This document shows, in pieces, positions 12,377 through 24,240 of a DNA stretch of 64,000 nt. The DNA comes from Hemiscyllium ocellatum. Its lineage: Eukaryota. Every line of letters begins with the position of its first letter. Position 1 is the first letter of the stretch. The stretch is from positions 19,581,006 to 19,645,005 of the forward strand of contig NC_083443.1 of the NCBI RefSeq assembly GCF_020745735.1. The letters run 5' to 3'. A model generated the notes under the pieces. That model made no database searches. It was not told the origin of the DNA and was given only the letters and a program-made list of their open reading frames with translations. The translations under genes were made by a program, and so were the position numbers.

Positions 12377-12987
12377 CTGAGGTAACAGCACCTCCAGCAC
12401 ATGTTGAGAAATAGAGGCTAAAATTTTGATCTGTGAATATCTTATGAAACCAAGGGACAGTATGGAATTGCATAGAGTTATTAATTATTTTATTTGTTTT
12501 ATTTCCTCTAATTTGGGTCCTGGGATTATACTTTTTTACAATCCCTCATTTAGCAAAATTGTTAAACAGAGCTATCAATGTCGCGTCTCTGACCTACGAG
12601 TGCAAATCTTTTCTGATTTCCTCCTGAGCTTCAGGATTGACAATTCCAACATCCTTCTGCCTCCTCCCAATTCCGTCTGCTGCATTCAAGGTTGGTTGCA
12701 CTTCAACAATACTCTAAAGCTGGATAAAGCCATCTGGTGGTGATAAAGACCACATCCTCAACGAACAGGTCTGACATTTTCAATAAACATTTGAAATGAG
12801 CTTCAGTGGGTCACCTGACAATTGCTGTCAAAGAGGTCACAAACCTTCAGATGGTGTTGGAACTATAACTAGTGGAAAATTTAACGAACTTCAAACAAAA
12901 GGTAGATCAGAATGGAGGGACAACATTCAAATGTAGGTACGCGTAGTAAGAGAGGTGTACAGTCGACACGTGTGAGGTAAGGAAGAA

Positions 12988-13327
12988 ATTTTTTAAAATC
13001 GATGAACAGGATGTGGGGAACACTGGCTAGGCCAACATTTATTGCCCATCCCTAACTGCGCAGAGAGCAGTTAAGAGTCAACCACATTGCTGTGGGTCTG
13101 AAGTCATATGTGGGCCAGACCAGGTAAGGATGGGAGTTTCCTTCCCTAAAGGACATCAGTGAACCAGATGGATTGTCTCCCAACCATATTAGAAGTCATT
13201 AGACTCTTAATTCTAGATTTTTAAAATTGGGTTCACGTTCCACCATCTGTCATGGCAGGATTCAAACCCGAGCCCCCAGAACATTACCTGGCTCTCTAGA
13301 TTAATAGTCTATCTCCATGCCATCCCA
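12988..13327 (-). mobile_element. tRNA-derived SINE (same family as 6612-6970)
   Basis: B box GGTTTGAATCC on the - strand near 13258-13269. Collinear with 6612-6970. Confidence 0.7.
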
Positions 13328-13481
13328 CAAGACAATGTGTATGAAATGTTTCTGAATGCCGAATGTGAGGATGCAGCTGAAGTTATTACTAAAAAGGTCT
13401 GACATCATAGAAGAACATGTAGTTAAAAAAAAACTATCTGCATATTATAACATGTTAAAATATTTTCTATATAAAACATTG

Positions 13482-16400
13482 GATGGAATTTTATGGGATA
13501 TGGAGAGATGTGTGGCAAATTGTACAAGGAGCCCATCACTGTGACAGGAGCATCTTGGTCCATTTTTTATGCTTTTAACAAGTGAAGCAGCAAGTTTCCT
13601 CCAGAGGCAGCAGTGAGTTGCCAATTAAGGGGGATTATTGTTTGTTAAATGCCCAACGCACCTCACTGTTAAACTTGTCAAACAAGTTAGATGTCGGGAA
13701 AACCCAACACGGAAACCAGAGTAGGTACATGGCGAACTTTGCTTGTTGCCTACCCTTCCAAGGCATATTCCAAAATAATTACCATGGTAACACTCCAACA
13801 CACTGGCAGGGCACTCTGGGAGCACGGGTTTCCATTGCAGGACACATCAATAACTGGTATTGGAAGACTGTAGCAGGGACACATTGTATACATGGTCAGA
13901 GACCCAGCTCATGGATTTGACCAGGCTGCATCTCAGCTTCTTGCTTGCTCTGTTAGTGCCCTCTCACTCACACCACCCATGCTTTACATTGCCTTGCTCA
14001 TTACTTTGCCAATTAGCACAGCCACACACACCTAGGCAGCATGTCTTGCTGTACAGCTGTCCTCAGTCACGTGGGCGTGCATCTTTCTGAACAGCAGTGT
14101 GTTATGTCAATCTCACATCTGTAACATGCACTGACAACTTACACAGTTGTGTCTCAATGTCTTAGGGAGGTATCCCTCACCCAAGTCCACATAGGCACCA
14201 ATCCGTCAGCTGTTGTTGGAGGATCAGGGTCCTAGATGTCTCTGCAGCACCCATTATTCTCTGTACACCTTGTTCCTTGTGTTTCCAGATGATGTAGCAA
14301 GCTCTCAGCTCCTCCTCCATCCATGGGACATGCCGTGTGGCCATGAATGTATTTTTCCCACAGGATCAAGGACATTTGGGGTGACCCAGGTAGATAAGCA
14401 TCCAGACGTAAGACAATGACACTTACAAAAGTGTGAAAATACAATATACTACTTTGACACCCATGACATCAATGTGCCCTCAATAAATTTCCTTCTTCCT
14501 CTCCCTCCCATTATGTACTACAGGGTTCTCCAGCTGAGGTGATGCCAAACCATTGGCAGTCCCCGGTGTGGGCTGGGGATGGGGGGGAGGGGTGTCCAAA
14601 CTGGGCCTCAGGCCAGATTCCAGTTAATCCTCCATCCTCCCCAATGTAAACGTCCAAACATCGGAAAAAGGCAACAAGTTGGAGTTGGAGGGCTCGGCCA
14701 TCTCTGGAGTGTCCTGAGAGGGATGGTTCCTCCTCCAGCTCGGTGCCCTTTGGCACTGCCCTGCCTCCTACTGAGGAAGGGGCGCCTAGAGTTTGCACCA
14801 GGTTCCCCATCCACCTGCCACCATTCCCTGGTCCTGAGGACCAGTAGCTAAGGTGTCGAAATGTAGGTGCACCTCTGCACCAGACCCTGTGGTTGCTGGA
14901 CCTGTGTCTCCATGGCACTGCCAACCTGTTCATGGAGACAGCCAGTGCACTACTGGCCAATGAGGGGCATTGCATACCAGATGCCTGTCTGCTGCTCCTG
15001 CTCATCCCTGTGCGTGTGGATGAAGTCCCTCATTGCCAATCCCTCTCCTGCCTGGGGCTGGGCAGGTGCCTGGTCTCCAACAGTGTTACGAATGCCAGGG
15101 GCCTGGGGAGTTTGTTCCTCACCCAGCCTCACTTGCACAGTGAGCTCCTCACCAGACTGTTCTCCCAAACTGTCTCAGCCTGACTGAGCTGCCTGTACCT
15201 AATCTGGTAGCGGGTATAGGAGACAGCCTTGTTATTGATAACTCGAAGCTCAACTCTCTCATCCTCAGATGTGGAGGAGATGGTTTCTGGGGAGAGGTAG
15301 TGGAGATATTGGCAATACATGCAAGAAACAAAAGATAAAAGATAACACAGCAAGTAATTAGAAATGGCATGCAATCAGTGAGACTGACAGTAAGGTTACT
15401 GGGTGATTGAGAGCAACGGCGCTGACTCTGTTGGTGGGACATAGACGTCTCACAGGACCAGCCCTGGAAGCCTCCAGTGAGGGACAGGTGTCTACTGACA
15501 CCAATGATAGAATGATAAATGCTGCTCGCCTCCATTCTTTCAGCCCACACACATAAAATGTAAAGCAGATTTATTAGATATGATACAATTCGATTCCCTA
15601 CAATGTGGAAATAGGCCATTCGGCCCATCAAGTCTACACCGACCTTCCAAAGAGTAACCCAACTCCCTACATTTATCCTTGACTCATGCACCTAACATTA
15701 TGGGCAATTGAGAATGGCCAATTCACCTGATCTGCACATCTTTGGATTGAGGGAGGAAACTGGAGCACCCAGAAGAAACCCACGCAGACACGGGGAGAAT
15801 GTGCAATCTCCACACAGACAGTCACCCAAGGCTGGAATTGAACCCAGGTTCCTGGTGCTGTGAGGCAGCAGGGCTAACCACAGAGCCACCATACCACCCT
15901 ATTTTTTATCTTATTAACTTCTACTTTATTAGTATTTTTTCATTTCAATCTACATTGTCTTTTTGTTTTACATTTTTAGGTGTTTAACAATCCTTATTTC
16001 AATTTAATTCAGTGATTTCGCTGTGACTGTTCGTACTTCTGTGAGTCAGCAAACACAGCTTTCTCTCCCTGTATGGGGTGAGGAGTCTATTGGCGGGCTC
16101 ACTCTGCCCCTGGTTTTTGCTGTTTTCTCCCGGAATGAGAGAAAAGGAGGGATTGAGTCAGTTAGAAGGAGGTGTTGGTGTAGGTGGGAGAAAGAGGGTG
16201 AGGTGCCCTGTAGAGTGAGGAAACAGCACAGAGGGCCTGCAGAGTTAGCGATGTCGGGGGTTGGTGTGGGTGACAGTGAGTGAGGGAAGACAGTGAATGC
16301 ATCAGTGAGAGTGGCACAGCATGAGTCTTGGTAGCTGATGGGTGCAATAGCAGTGATAGAGTGAGTCTGAGGTAGCCTAGAGAGATAGGGAGAGAGAGAG

Positions 16401-16923
16401 AGAGAGAGAAAGCGAGGGAGAGCGACACTGAACTTTGCAGAGCAGTAAGGGTCATTACTTTTCTAATGATACTATTGACTAGTCCTCTGCATCCTGGAGT
16501 TGGCATTAACTCAGACCAAGGTGGCAGAGTCTGATGGCATGCGCTCCCCCAGGAAGAGTACACCCCTCCTTTGCAATTACCCAGTTCACTAGGAATTTCA
16601 GGCTCGTGATGCCATCTTCCCATTCTCCAACATCTTGGATTCTGTCCGATAACAAACAGGGTGATTTCAAACTGAGTGCCTTTGTGCACAGTGACCTTTT
16701 AAAGATGGCACGGCCACAGGTAATTTCTAGGATATCCGTTGAGTGTTGAGTTGTTCCGAGAATAAGGTGTTTTAAAGATGGGATTAGAATCTGAAGACAG
16801 GATAGGTAGTTAATGAGGTGAGTTTGGTAAAATATTTGAGAAAACTCATGACCTCACAATGGGAATCCTTCTAAAAACCCAGATGCATCTGGGACTCGTC
16901 TGAAAAAACATAAGACTCAGCCC
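13482..16923 (-). mobile_element. Decayed PIF/Harbinger-like DNA transposon remnant with a fossil Myb/SANT-like gene
   Basis: The - strand near 16430-16540 gives, across frameshifts, PPWSE..NANSRMQRTSQQYH*KSNDL, resembling the trihelix W..RT..QC.KK.NDL. Degenerate terminal inverted ends GGATGGAATTTTATG and CATAAGACTCAGCCC. Locally GC-richer. No transposase core recognised. Confidence 0.45.
15570..15899 (-). mobile_element. HE1-type V-SINE
   Basis: Reverse complement of the 12067-type head, V-domain and tail. Confidence 0.88.
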
Positions 16924-17405
16924 ATGGTTAAATTTATGATAGATTTGTGAAAAAGGGGAGAACTGGAAAGTTTAACAAAGTCATCAACAAACTGGTCAAA
17001 TAACAGTTCTGATTTGTCTAACAAATGATCATATTCAAATCAAATCATTCCTTGAAAAAGATGCATGGAGGGATGTTTTTTACAAGGGGACGTTGAATAG
17101 ATTTAGACCTGCACTCATTGGAACTTGGAAGCAGGAGAGGAGACCTTACTGAAACATGGAGGATAAAGATTGCCTCCCACACTAGGGCCAGAGAGCATCA
17201 TATCAGAATAAGGACTGACCTATGTAAGACAGAAATAAGAAGGACTTTCTCCTCTCAGATGGTGATGAACCTGAGGAAATCTTTACCAGGAAGAGCTGTG
17301 AAAACTGGGTTGTTCAAAGTTTATTTAAGACTGAGATAGATATGTTTCGGTTGTGGTTCTGTTCACCGAGCTGGGAATTTGTGTTGCAGACATTTCGTCC
17401 CCTGT

Positions 17406-17825
17406 CTAGGTGACATCCTCAGTGCTTGGGAGCCTCCTGTGAAGCGCTTCTGTGATGTTTCCTTCAGCATTTATAGTGATTTGTATCTGCCACTTCCGGT
17501 TGTCAGTTCCAGCTGTCTGCTGCAGTGGCCGGTATATTGGGTCCAGATCGATGTGCTTATTGATTGAATCTGTGGATGAATACCATGCCTCTAGGAATTC
17601 CCTGGCTGTTCTCTGTTTGACCTGTCCTATAATACTAGTGTTTTCCCAGTCAAACTCATGTTGCTTGTCATCTGAGTGTGTGGCTACTAAGGATAGCTGG
17701 TCGTGTCGTTTTGTGGCTAGTTGGTGTTCATGGATGCGGATCGTTAGCTGTCTTCCTGTTTGTCCTATGTAGTGTTTTGCGCAGCCCTTGCATGGGATTT
17801 TGTACACTACATTGGTTTTGCTCAT
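17406..17825 (-). CDS. Penelope GIY-YIG endonuclease frame, left arm (139 aa from an internal Met; expression unknown)
   Basis: Mirror copy of 18038-18445 with a 4-aa insertion near the C-terminus, uninterrupted. Confidence 0.55.
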   Translation of the reverse strand: MSKTNVVYKIPCKGCAKHYIGQTGRQLTIRIHEHQLATKRHDQLSLVATHSDDKQHEFDWENTSIIGQVKQRTAREFLEAWYSSTDSINKHIDLDPIYRPLQQTAGTDNRKWQIQITINAEGNITEALHRRLPSTEDVT

Positions 17826-18037
17826 GCTGGGTATCGGGTCCTTCGTCCTGGTGAGTTGTTGTCTGAGAGTGGCTGTTGGTTTGTGTGCTGTTATGAGTCC
17901 TAGTGGTCGCAGTAGTCTGGCTGTTAGTAGTCGAACTGACGGCCAGACTACTGCGACCACTAGGACTCATAACAGCACACAAACCAACAGCCACTCTCAG
18001 ACAACAACTCACCAGGACGAAGGACCCGATACCCAGC

Positions 18038-18445
18038 ATGAGCAAAACCAATGTAGTGTACAAAATCCCATGCAAGGGCTGCACAAAACACTACATAGGA
18101 CAAACAGGAAGACAGCTAACGATCCGCATCCACGAACACCAACTAGCCACGAAACGACACGACCAGCTATCCTTAGTAGCCACACACTCAGATGACAAGC
18201 AACATGAGTTCGACTGGGCCAACACTACTATTATAGGACAAGCCAAACAGAGAACAGCCAAGGAATTCCTAGAGGCATGGCACTCATCCACAGATTCAAT
18301 CAATAAGCACATCAACCTGGACCCAATATATCGGCCACTGCAGCAGACAGCTGAAACTGACAACCGGAAGTGGCAGATACAAATCACTATAAATGCCGGA
18401 GGAAACATCACAGAAGCGCTCCCAAGCACTGAGGATGTCACCTAG
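18038..18445 (+). CDS. Penelope GIY-YIG endonuclease frame, right arm (135 aa from an internal Met; expression unknown)
   Basis: MSKTNVVYKIPCKGCTKHYIGQTGRQLTIRIHEHQ...KEFLEAWH...INKH, uninterrupted. Confidence 0.55.
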   Translation: MSKTNVVYKIPCKGCTKHYIGQTGRQLTIRIHEHQLATKRHDQLSLVATHSDDKQHEFDWANTTIIGQAKQRTAKEFLEAWHSSTDSINKHINLDPIYRPLQQTAETDNRKWQIQITINAGGNITEALPSTEDVT

Positions 18446-18465
18446 ACAGGGGACGAAATGTCTGC
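18426..18465 (+). ncRNA. Minimal type I hammerhead ribozyme motif (mirror copy at 17386-17425 on the - strand)
   Basis: GCA CTGAGGA t GTCaCCT agac AGGgGAC GAAA TGTC TGC: core boxes, stem II and a 3-bp stem I are present, and stem III reads ATGT instead of ACGT. Confidence 0.7.
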
Positions 18466-18721
18466 AACACAAATTCCCAGCTCGGTGAACAGAACCACAA
18501 CAACGAGCACCCGAGCTACAAATCTTCTCACAAACTTTGAAGACATATTTCTAATCAGTAAGGAAATCAGAAGTTGTAGGGATAAAACAGGAACATGGAG
18601 TTAGGGATTATCAGGTCGGTCATGATTACATTGAACGGTGAAACAGATTGGATGGGCCAAATAGCCTCTTTATCCTCCTACATGTTAAGGTAGTAACCAT
18701 AGATCCTAGCTGTGTTCAAGA

Positions 18722-18857
18722 AGGCAAAAGCGAGATTAGAAACGAGAGTGTGGTGCTGGAAAAGCACAGCAGATCAAGAGCTTTTGCCCAAAACATCGAC
18801 TCTCCTGCTCCTCAGATGCTGCCTGACCTGCTAAGCTTTGCCAGCACCACACTCTCG
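18722..18857. mobile_element. Short family-A fold-back insertion
   Basis: Inverted ends GAGAGTGTGGTGCTGG and CCAGCACCACACTCTC. 13-bp TSD GCTGTGTTCAAGA at 18709-18721 and 18858-18870. Confidence 0.8.
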
Positions 18858-19143
18858 GCTGTGTTCAAGAGCGACCGAGCTACCACATCAACTAATGCAA
18901 TCACAACGTGTCCAAAAGATTATGTCATATATACATTCCTCTATAAGGTGAAAGCGTAAAATGCCCATTTTGAAAGGCGCTGACATGATGGGGGCTCACA
19001 TTTTCCAAACAGCTAGCAGTAAAATTTTAAATTGAAACATTATATGTTGGAAATACTGAGCAGGTCAGGGACCATCTGTGGAAAGGCAGAGATTAAATGT
19101 ATAAAACATCCTTGAAATGTCACAGGTCGGAAATACTTGCACT

Positions 19144-20340
19144 GGGCTCAATTTTCCCACTGTTTTGGCAAAGTATTTTTCTCAAGCGATATTCAAGATG
19201 GCCAGTCTGCCATGGACTGTCTTGACTTTTCTCAAGTAATCCTCCAATCTTCATCTCATTAATTATACATTCTGCCTTTTCGCAGCCTGTCTTGTGGCAG
19301 AGGTAAGGGGCAGGTGCTGGTCTTTACCAGGATCCCACGTTGCTATCCCAAAAGGAATGGATCAGAAGTTGAAGTTAGCTCCTCAGTTTTCCCACAGGGA
19401 CCTGTAGATGTCAGTGGTGGGAAGGAGGGGGAGGATGAGGGCAGTGCATTTTCCTGCGGATTGACAAAGATGGGCATGGACCAAGTTAGAGGCCAGGGTC
19501 AGCGGAGTGTCCCGGGTAAAATACAATGTACAGCAGCATGGGGAGAAGGTTAACAGCCTTACTACACTCTATAAGAGGGACGTGTCACCACCTTCTCTCT
19601 GTTACTTCACACTCATCATCCAAGAACATTGAGGAGATGAGGCTGAAGAATCAAAATCGGATTGAGCGTTGGCTTGATGAATCCTCTCCACTACCCTCAC
19701 CCAGCCCATACTCCCAAACTGCTGATCCTTGCTCATCTCTACAATGAATACTCACTCAAAGGGGACAGCTCAGCACCTCTCTTGCTCATGCAGCAGCAGT
19801 AACTGATCTTCCATCACACTTATTATCTCCCTTTGTCTCTCACTGCAACACAAGGTGGCCCAGCCTCTGAACTCATGCCTCCACACCACTCTGACTGACA
19901 GACCTTTAACCCCCAGACTGGATCTGACCTGAAGGGCTTGCATTGGAGTCAGACAAACCACATGCCTGACAGTCACAGCACCCTCTGTCTGCGCATAGTT
20001 CCCCTCAACAGCACCAAGGACTGATCTTCACTGACTTTCAGAAATGGCCATTTGATTGAAGTACATGCAGTGTGTTGGTTAGATAAGCTGCTAACGCTTT
20101 CTGCAGGTACAACATTGACATAGCACAGTGCTGCACAGCAATACAGCACTTCCTTCACTATTCAGTATACAACACACTGCCTGCTTTTCCCTTTGTGTTA
20201 GAAACCAATGTCTGCTATAGATGTCAGTGCGAGTGAGTGAGAGTTAGGAAAATGAGCTAACAGCCGTGAGATGCATGGGACGCATGTGTGGCTCCTGCAC
20301 ACAAAGTGACCTGTCAGAAGCATGCAAAGCTTAAGTGTTT
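19144..20340 (+). mobile_element. Second decayed Harbinger-like remnant (Myb/SANT-like fragment)
   Basis: About 19473-19562 translates AWTKLEARVSGVSRVKYNVQQHGRRLTAL, trihelix-like. Starts with a TIR-like GGGCTCAATTTTCCC. The right boundary is uncertain. Confidence 0.4.
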
Positions 20341-20344
20341 CTCA

Positions 20345-20875
20345 GCTACAAAGTGAAGGACCTATGAGCTGGTCTGATAGTAACCTTATTTGAGGAAACA
20401 TGCACTGGCATTGAAGGCAGTTCATTAGATTGATCCCAGAGATGAGGGGTTTGTCATATGAAGAGAGATTGAACAGTTTAGTCCTTTATTCTGTGGAATT
20501 TAGTAGAATGAGGGGAGATCACATTGAGATATTCAAGATGGTCAAAGGTGGGGATAAAATAGACGTGGAGTGAATGCTCCCTCTTGTGGGACATTCTCAG
20601 ATAAGAGGTCAATGTCTTAGGATGAGAGGCAACAAATTTAAAACAGAGTTGAGGAGAAACTACTTCTCCCAATGGGGTGTGAATCTGTGGAATTTGCTGC
20701 CCCAAAGTGCAGTGGATGCTGGGACGGTAGTAAATTTAAGGAGGAGTTAGCCAGATTTTTAACTGATAATGGGTTGAAGGATATGGAGAGAAAGCAGGAA
20801 GATGGGGGTGAGAAGCATATCAGCCATGTTTGAATGGGCCGAATGGCATAATTCTGCTCCTATATCTTATGAAAT
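20345..20875 (+). mobile_element. CR1-type LINE 3' fragment
   Basis: Decayed RT C-terminus (GAATTTAGTAGAATGAGGGGAGATCACATTGA) and 3' tail GAATGGGCCGAATGGC. Confidence 0.8.
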
Positions 20876-22139
20876 CCAAGTGGTGAGGCTGATAATTTGG
20901 GGATACCCACAACCATGACCAAGGAGGAAGAAGATGCTGACAGTGGGGCATGAAAGTGGTGACATTGGAGTTGGATAAAGACCTGGAAAAACAAGTGGCG
21001 AGCTCTGACAGCAGGTACCCGCTCTGACTTCCATCTCGGAAACTGACGCTATCTAGTTTCTTGGGGAAGGAGAAGAAAGTTAGGAGCTGTGTAGAAATGA
21101 GGTGAGATGAGCTCATACTGAGATGCAAATGCTTGGGAACCATTCATTAGCGAGATTCAGAGCTTGTTGTTTAAACCCTAAAGGGGAAATCAGAATTCTT
21201 TTCGATAATACCAAGAATCTGATTTTTCTGTTTTGCTGCATCTTCCCAACTTTCTTGCCAATGCCCACGCTGCCCATGGCACTGGAACATTCTGCCTCTC
21301 CACAGATGCTGCCTGACTGATTATTTCTGTTTTTAGTGCAGATTTTCATCATCCACAATATTTTGCTTTTGTCTTGATTTAAAATTCTTTGAGTCGAATG
21401 AAAAGTTGATGGTCAGAAAATACAGCACACAAAATCACAGCCTTGAGAACCTTCCAACATTGTTAACTGAAAGCATTTCCTTAACATTCATGATCGAAAC
21501 ATTTAACAATCGCTATTTCTGAACCTCACCAGCTCTGTTGGTCACAGAACAAAACGCTGTGGAGACCTGACAATTCGCCCTAATCCAGCCATTCAAAATT
21601 ATGCACAGGGTAATGGTATGAAAACTAACCTGAAACTGTTCTCTCACCACCTGAAATAGGATTAGTGACAGTATCCAAAAGCTCACAATACCTAAACAAC
21701 TGGTCGTCAATGGGTTCTTATTTCAAGATGAAACTTGTACTTACTCCTCAAGGGGATACCATTCCCCGTAACTGAAATTTAACTTGTTAAAACAGGTTTA
21801 GGATGTCTATTCTTTGGGGAATATAATCAGTGGGCACTATCGAATGGGAGTTATATCATCAACTCAGGACTGAGATGTATTATCATTTTTCTTTGGAAAT
21901 AATATCAACCTGAGTTTCTTACCATAAGCTCAATTTTAGGATGAAGGCATGGATGAATCATCTGGAAGACTGCAGAGTTTTCATTCACTTGATTCAGCTC
22001 TTCAAAAGACTGTGACTCACCTAGGAAGTTCTGTACAGACAGTGCAGCGTTCTCTGGAGGAGATTCTGTAAGGACTGCAGAAACTATCTCCATAGATGGT
22101 ACAAATCTTTCTGTACAAGAAGGCAATACGTGGTAAAGA

Positions 22140-22950
22140 TAGAGTCACAAAGTCATAGAATTGTATGGCTGTAAAACAGACCCTTCAGTCCAACTCGTTC
22201 ATGCTGACCAGACATCCCAATTTCATCTTGTCCTAGTTGCCAGCATTTGCCTCATATCCCTCCAAACCCTTCCTATTAAAATACCCATCCAGATGCCTTC
22301 TAAATGCTGTCATTGTACCAGCCTCCACCACTTCCTCTGGCAGCTGATTCCATAAACGCAGCACCTCTGTGTGCAAATGTTGCCCCTAGGTCTCTTTTAA
22401 ATCTTTTCCCTCTCACCTTAAACCTATGCCTTCTAGGTTTGGACTTGTCCACCTTGGGGAAAAGACTTTGTCTATTTATCTTATCCATATCCCTCAAGCC
22501 CTCCAACCCTGGCAACATCCTTGTAAATCTTTTGTGTACCCTTTAGAGTTTAACAACATCTGTTCTATGGCAGGGAGACCAAAATTGAATACAATATTCA
22601 AAAGTGGCCCAACCAATGTACTGTACAGTTGCAACATGACCTCCCACCTTCAGTGAGAAAGTGAGTACTGCAGATGCTAGAGATTAGTCAAGAGTGTGGT
22701 GCTGGAAAAGCATAGCATGTCAGGCAGTATTCGAGGAGCAGGAAAATCGGCATTTCATCAAGGGTTTTTACCCGAAATATTGATTTGCCTGCTCCTCGGA
22801 TGCTGCCTGACCTGCTGTGCTTTTCCACCACCACCACACTCTTCAGTCCCAATTTCTATACTCGATGCACTGACCAACAGAGGCAAGCATACCAACAGCC
22901 TTCTTCACCATCCTGTCTACCTGGGATTCCACTTACAAGGAACTATGTAC
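22140..22950 (-). mobile_element. CR1/HER1-type LINE 3' fragment with a nested family-A fold-back (about 22655-22840)
   Basis: Collinear with the 3' end of the long LINE at 31042. The nested insert has inverted arms and a short CTTCAGT duplication. Confidence 0.82.
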
Positions 22951-23579
22951 ACCTCTGAAACCTAGATGAGAACAAAGAATCTTCTGGACTCCCAATTCCA
23001 AAGTGGGAGAAGTTCCTATTATAGATGGATGCCTCTCCTGCATGAGCAGAACTTGCTGCTCCCTGTGAGCCCGTGAACTTTACTTGAGACTGCTTCAGGG
23101 TCAAACTGCTCATTGCCTGTTGAATGATCATTGTGAACCTTTCGTTTTGAGCACAACTTCTGTCGCTATTGCTGCATCCAGCAGAGACCTAAGATTGTTC
23201 CTTAGCAGAGGCAGTGCTGTTTGTTCAAGATTCTCACTTGTAGGACTTCACAGCCCTTTGGCAGCACAGTCAGGGTGTAGTCAGGTAGGAGCTGATCTGC
23301 AGAAGGCTAACATGCTGGCTGTTTGCAGGAGACCTTCCTTTCCACCTTCAATTATATCCTCAATTTTTCTAGAGTTTGCTGAAGAATTTCTTTCCTCATG
23401 ATTCCAAAGAGTCTTCTCAGGATTTTTACCTCATTGAGTGCTCATTGATGCCTCATAGTCATTCCAAGGTTGTTTGGAAAACATCATTTATACAGGATGT
23501 GTGTCTCCAATTTTATCGCCATGTTTTAGTGTGGGTTTAATGGATCTTCACACATGCTCAGGCTAAATTCCCAACTACT

Positions 23580-24240
23580 TCATAGAATCATACAGTACAG
23601 AAGAGGCTCTTCAGCCCATTAAGTCTGTAATGCTGAAAATATGCTACAATCCTACACTCACCCACTTTTCCACACTAGCCCATAACCTTGGATATTATGA
23701 CACTTCAACTGCTCCACAAAGTAGGTTTTAAAAGTTGTGAGGTTTTTCCCCCTCAATTACCCTCCCAGGCAGTACACATCAGACCCCTCCCACCCCACCT
23801 TCTGGGTGAAAAATGTATTTTCTCAAATCCCCTCTAAACCTCCTGCCTTTCACTTTATGCCCCCTTGTTATTGACCCTTTGACGAAGGGGAACAACTGCT
23901 TTTTATTGAACCTGTCCATTCATCTTATACACCCCTTGTCAGGTTCCCCACAACCTCTCTCCTCCAAAGCAAACAACCCAAGTTTATCCATCCTCTCTCC
24001 ACCGCTAAAATGCTCTATCCTAGGCAACGGTCTGGTGAATCTCGTCCACACCTCCTCCAGAGCAGTCACATCCTTCCTATTGTAGTGGCGACCAGCTCTG
24101 TACACACTACACCAGCTGTGACAGAACCAACGTTCTTTACAGCTCCAACATAACCTCCCTGCTCTTACAATCTATGCCTTGACGAATAACATTCATCATC
24201 TTGTATGCATTCCTAACCTATCCTGTCACCTTCAGAGATC
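23580..24240 (-). mobile_element. CR1-type LINE 3' fragment
   Basis: KDVTALEEVWTRFTRPLP..ERMDKLGLFALE on the - strand, with a (CATAGAAT) tail at the left end. Confidence 0.8.

Larger units (their letters stand above)
17349..18540. mobile_element. About 1.19-kb palindromic (fold-back) Penelope-like element: GIY-YIG ORF and hammerhead motif on each strand, one tail
   Basis: Arms of about 575 bp meet at an 8-nt apex TAGTCGAA (17928-17935). Unpaired tail ...GCACCCGAGCTACAAATCTTCTCACAAACTTTGA. Degenerate 11-bp TSD AGATATGTTTC (17338-17348) and AGACATATTTC (18541-18551) inside a CR1 3' fragment (about 17090-18690). Confidence 0.92.

Noticed and set aside
14511-15691. Cluster of overlapping 70-180-aa ORFs
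   Set aside because: No recognisable protein or consistent frame. Explained by a GC-richer transposon remnant plus a V-SINE.
17313-17322. TTCAAAGTTT just upstream of the big palindrome, complementary to the end of its tail
   Set aside because: A single 10-bp AT-rich match within host CR1 sequence. No similar match was seen at the 51726 insertion, so chance cannot be excluded.
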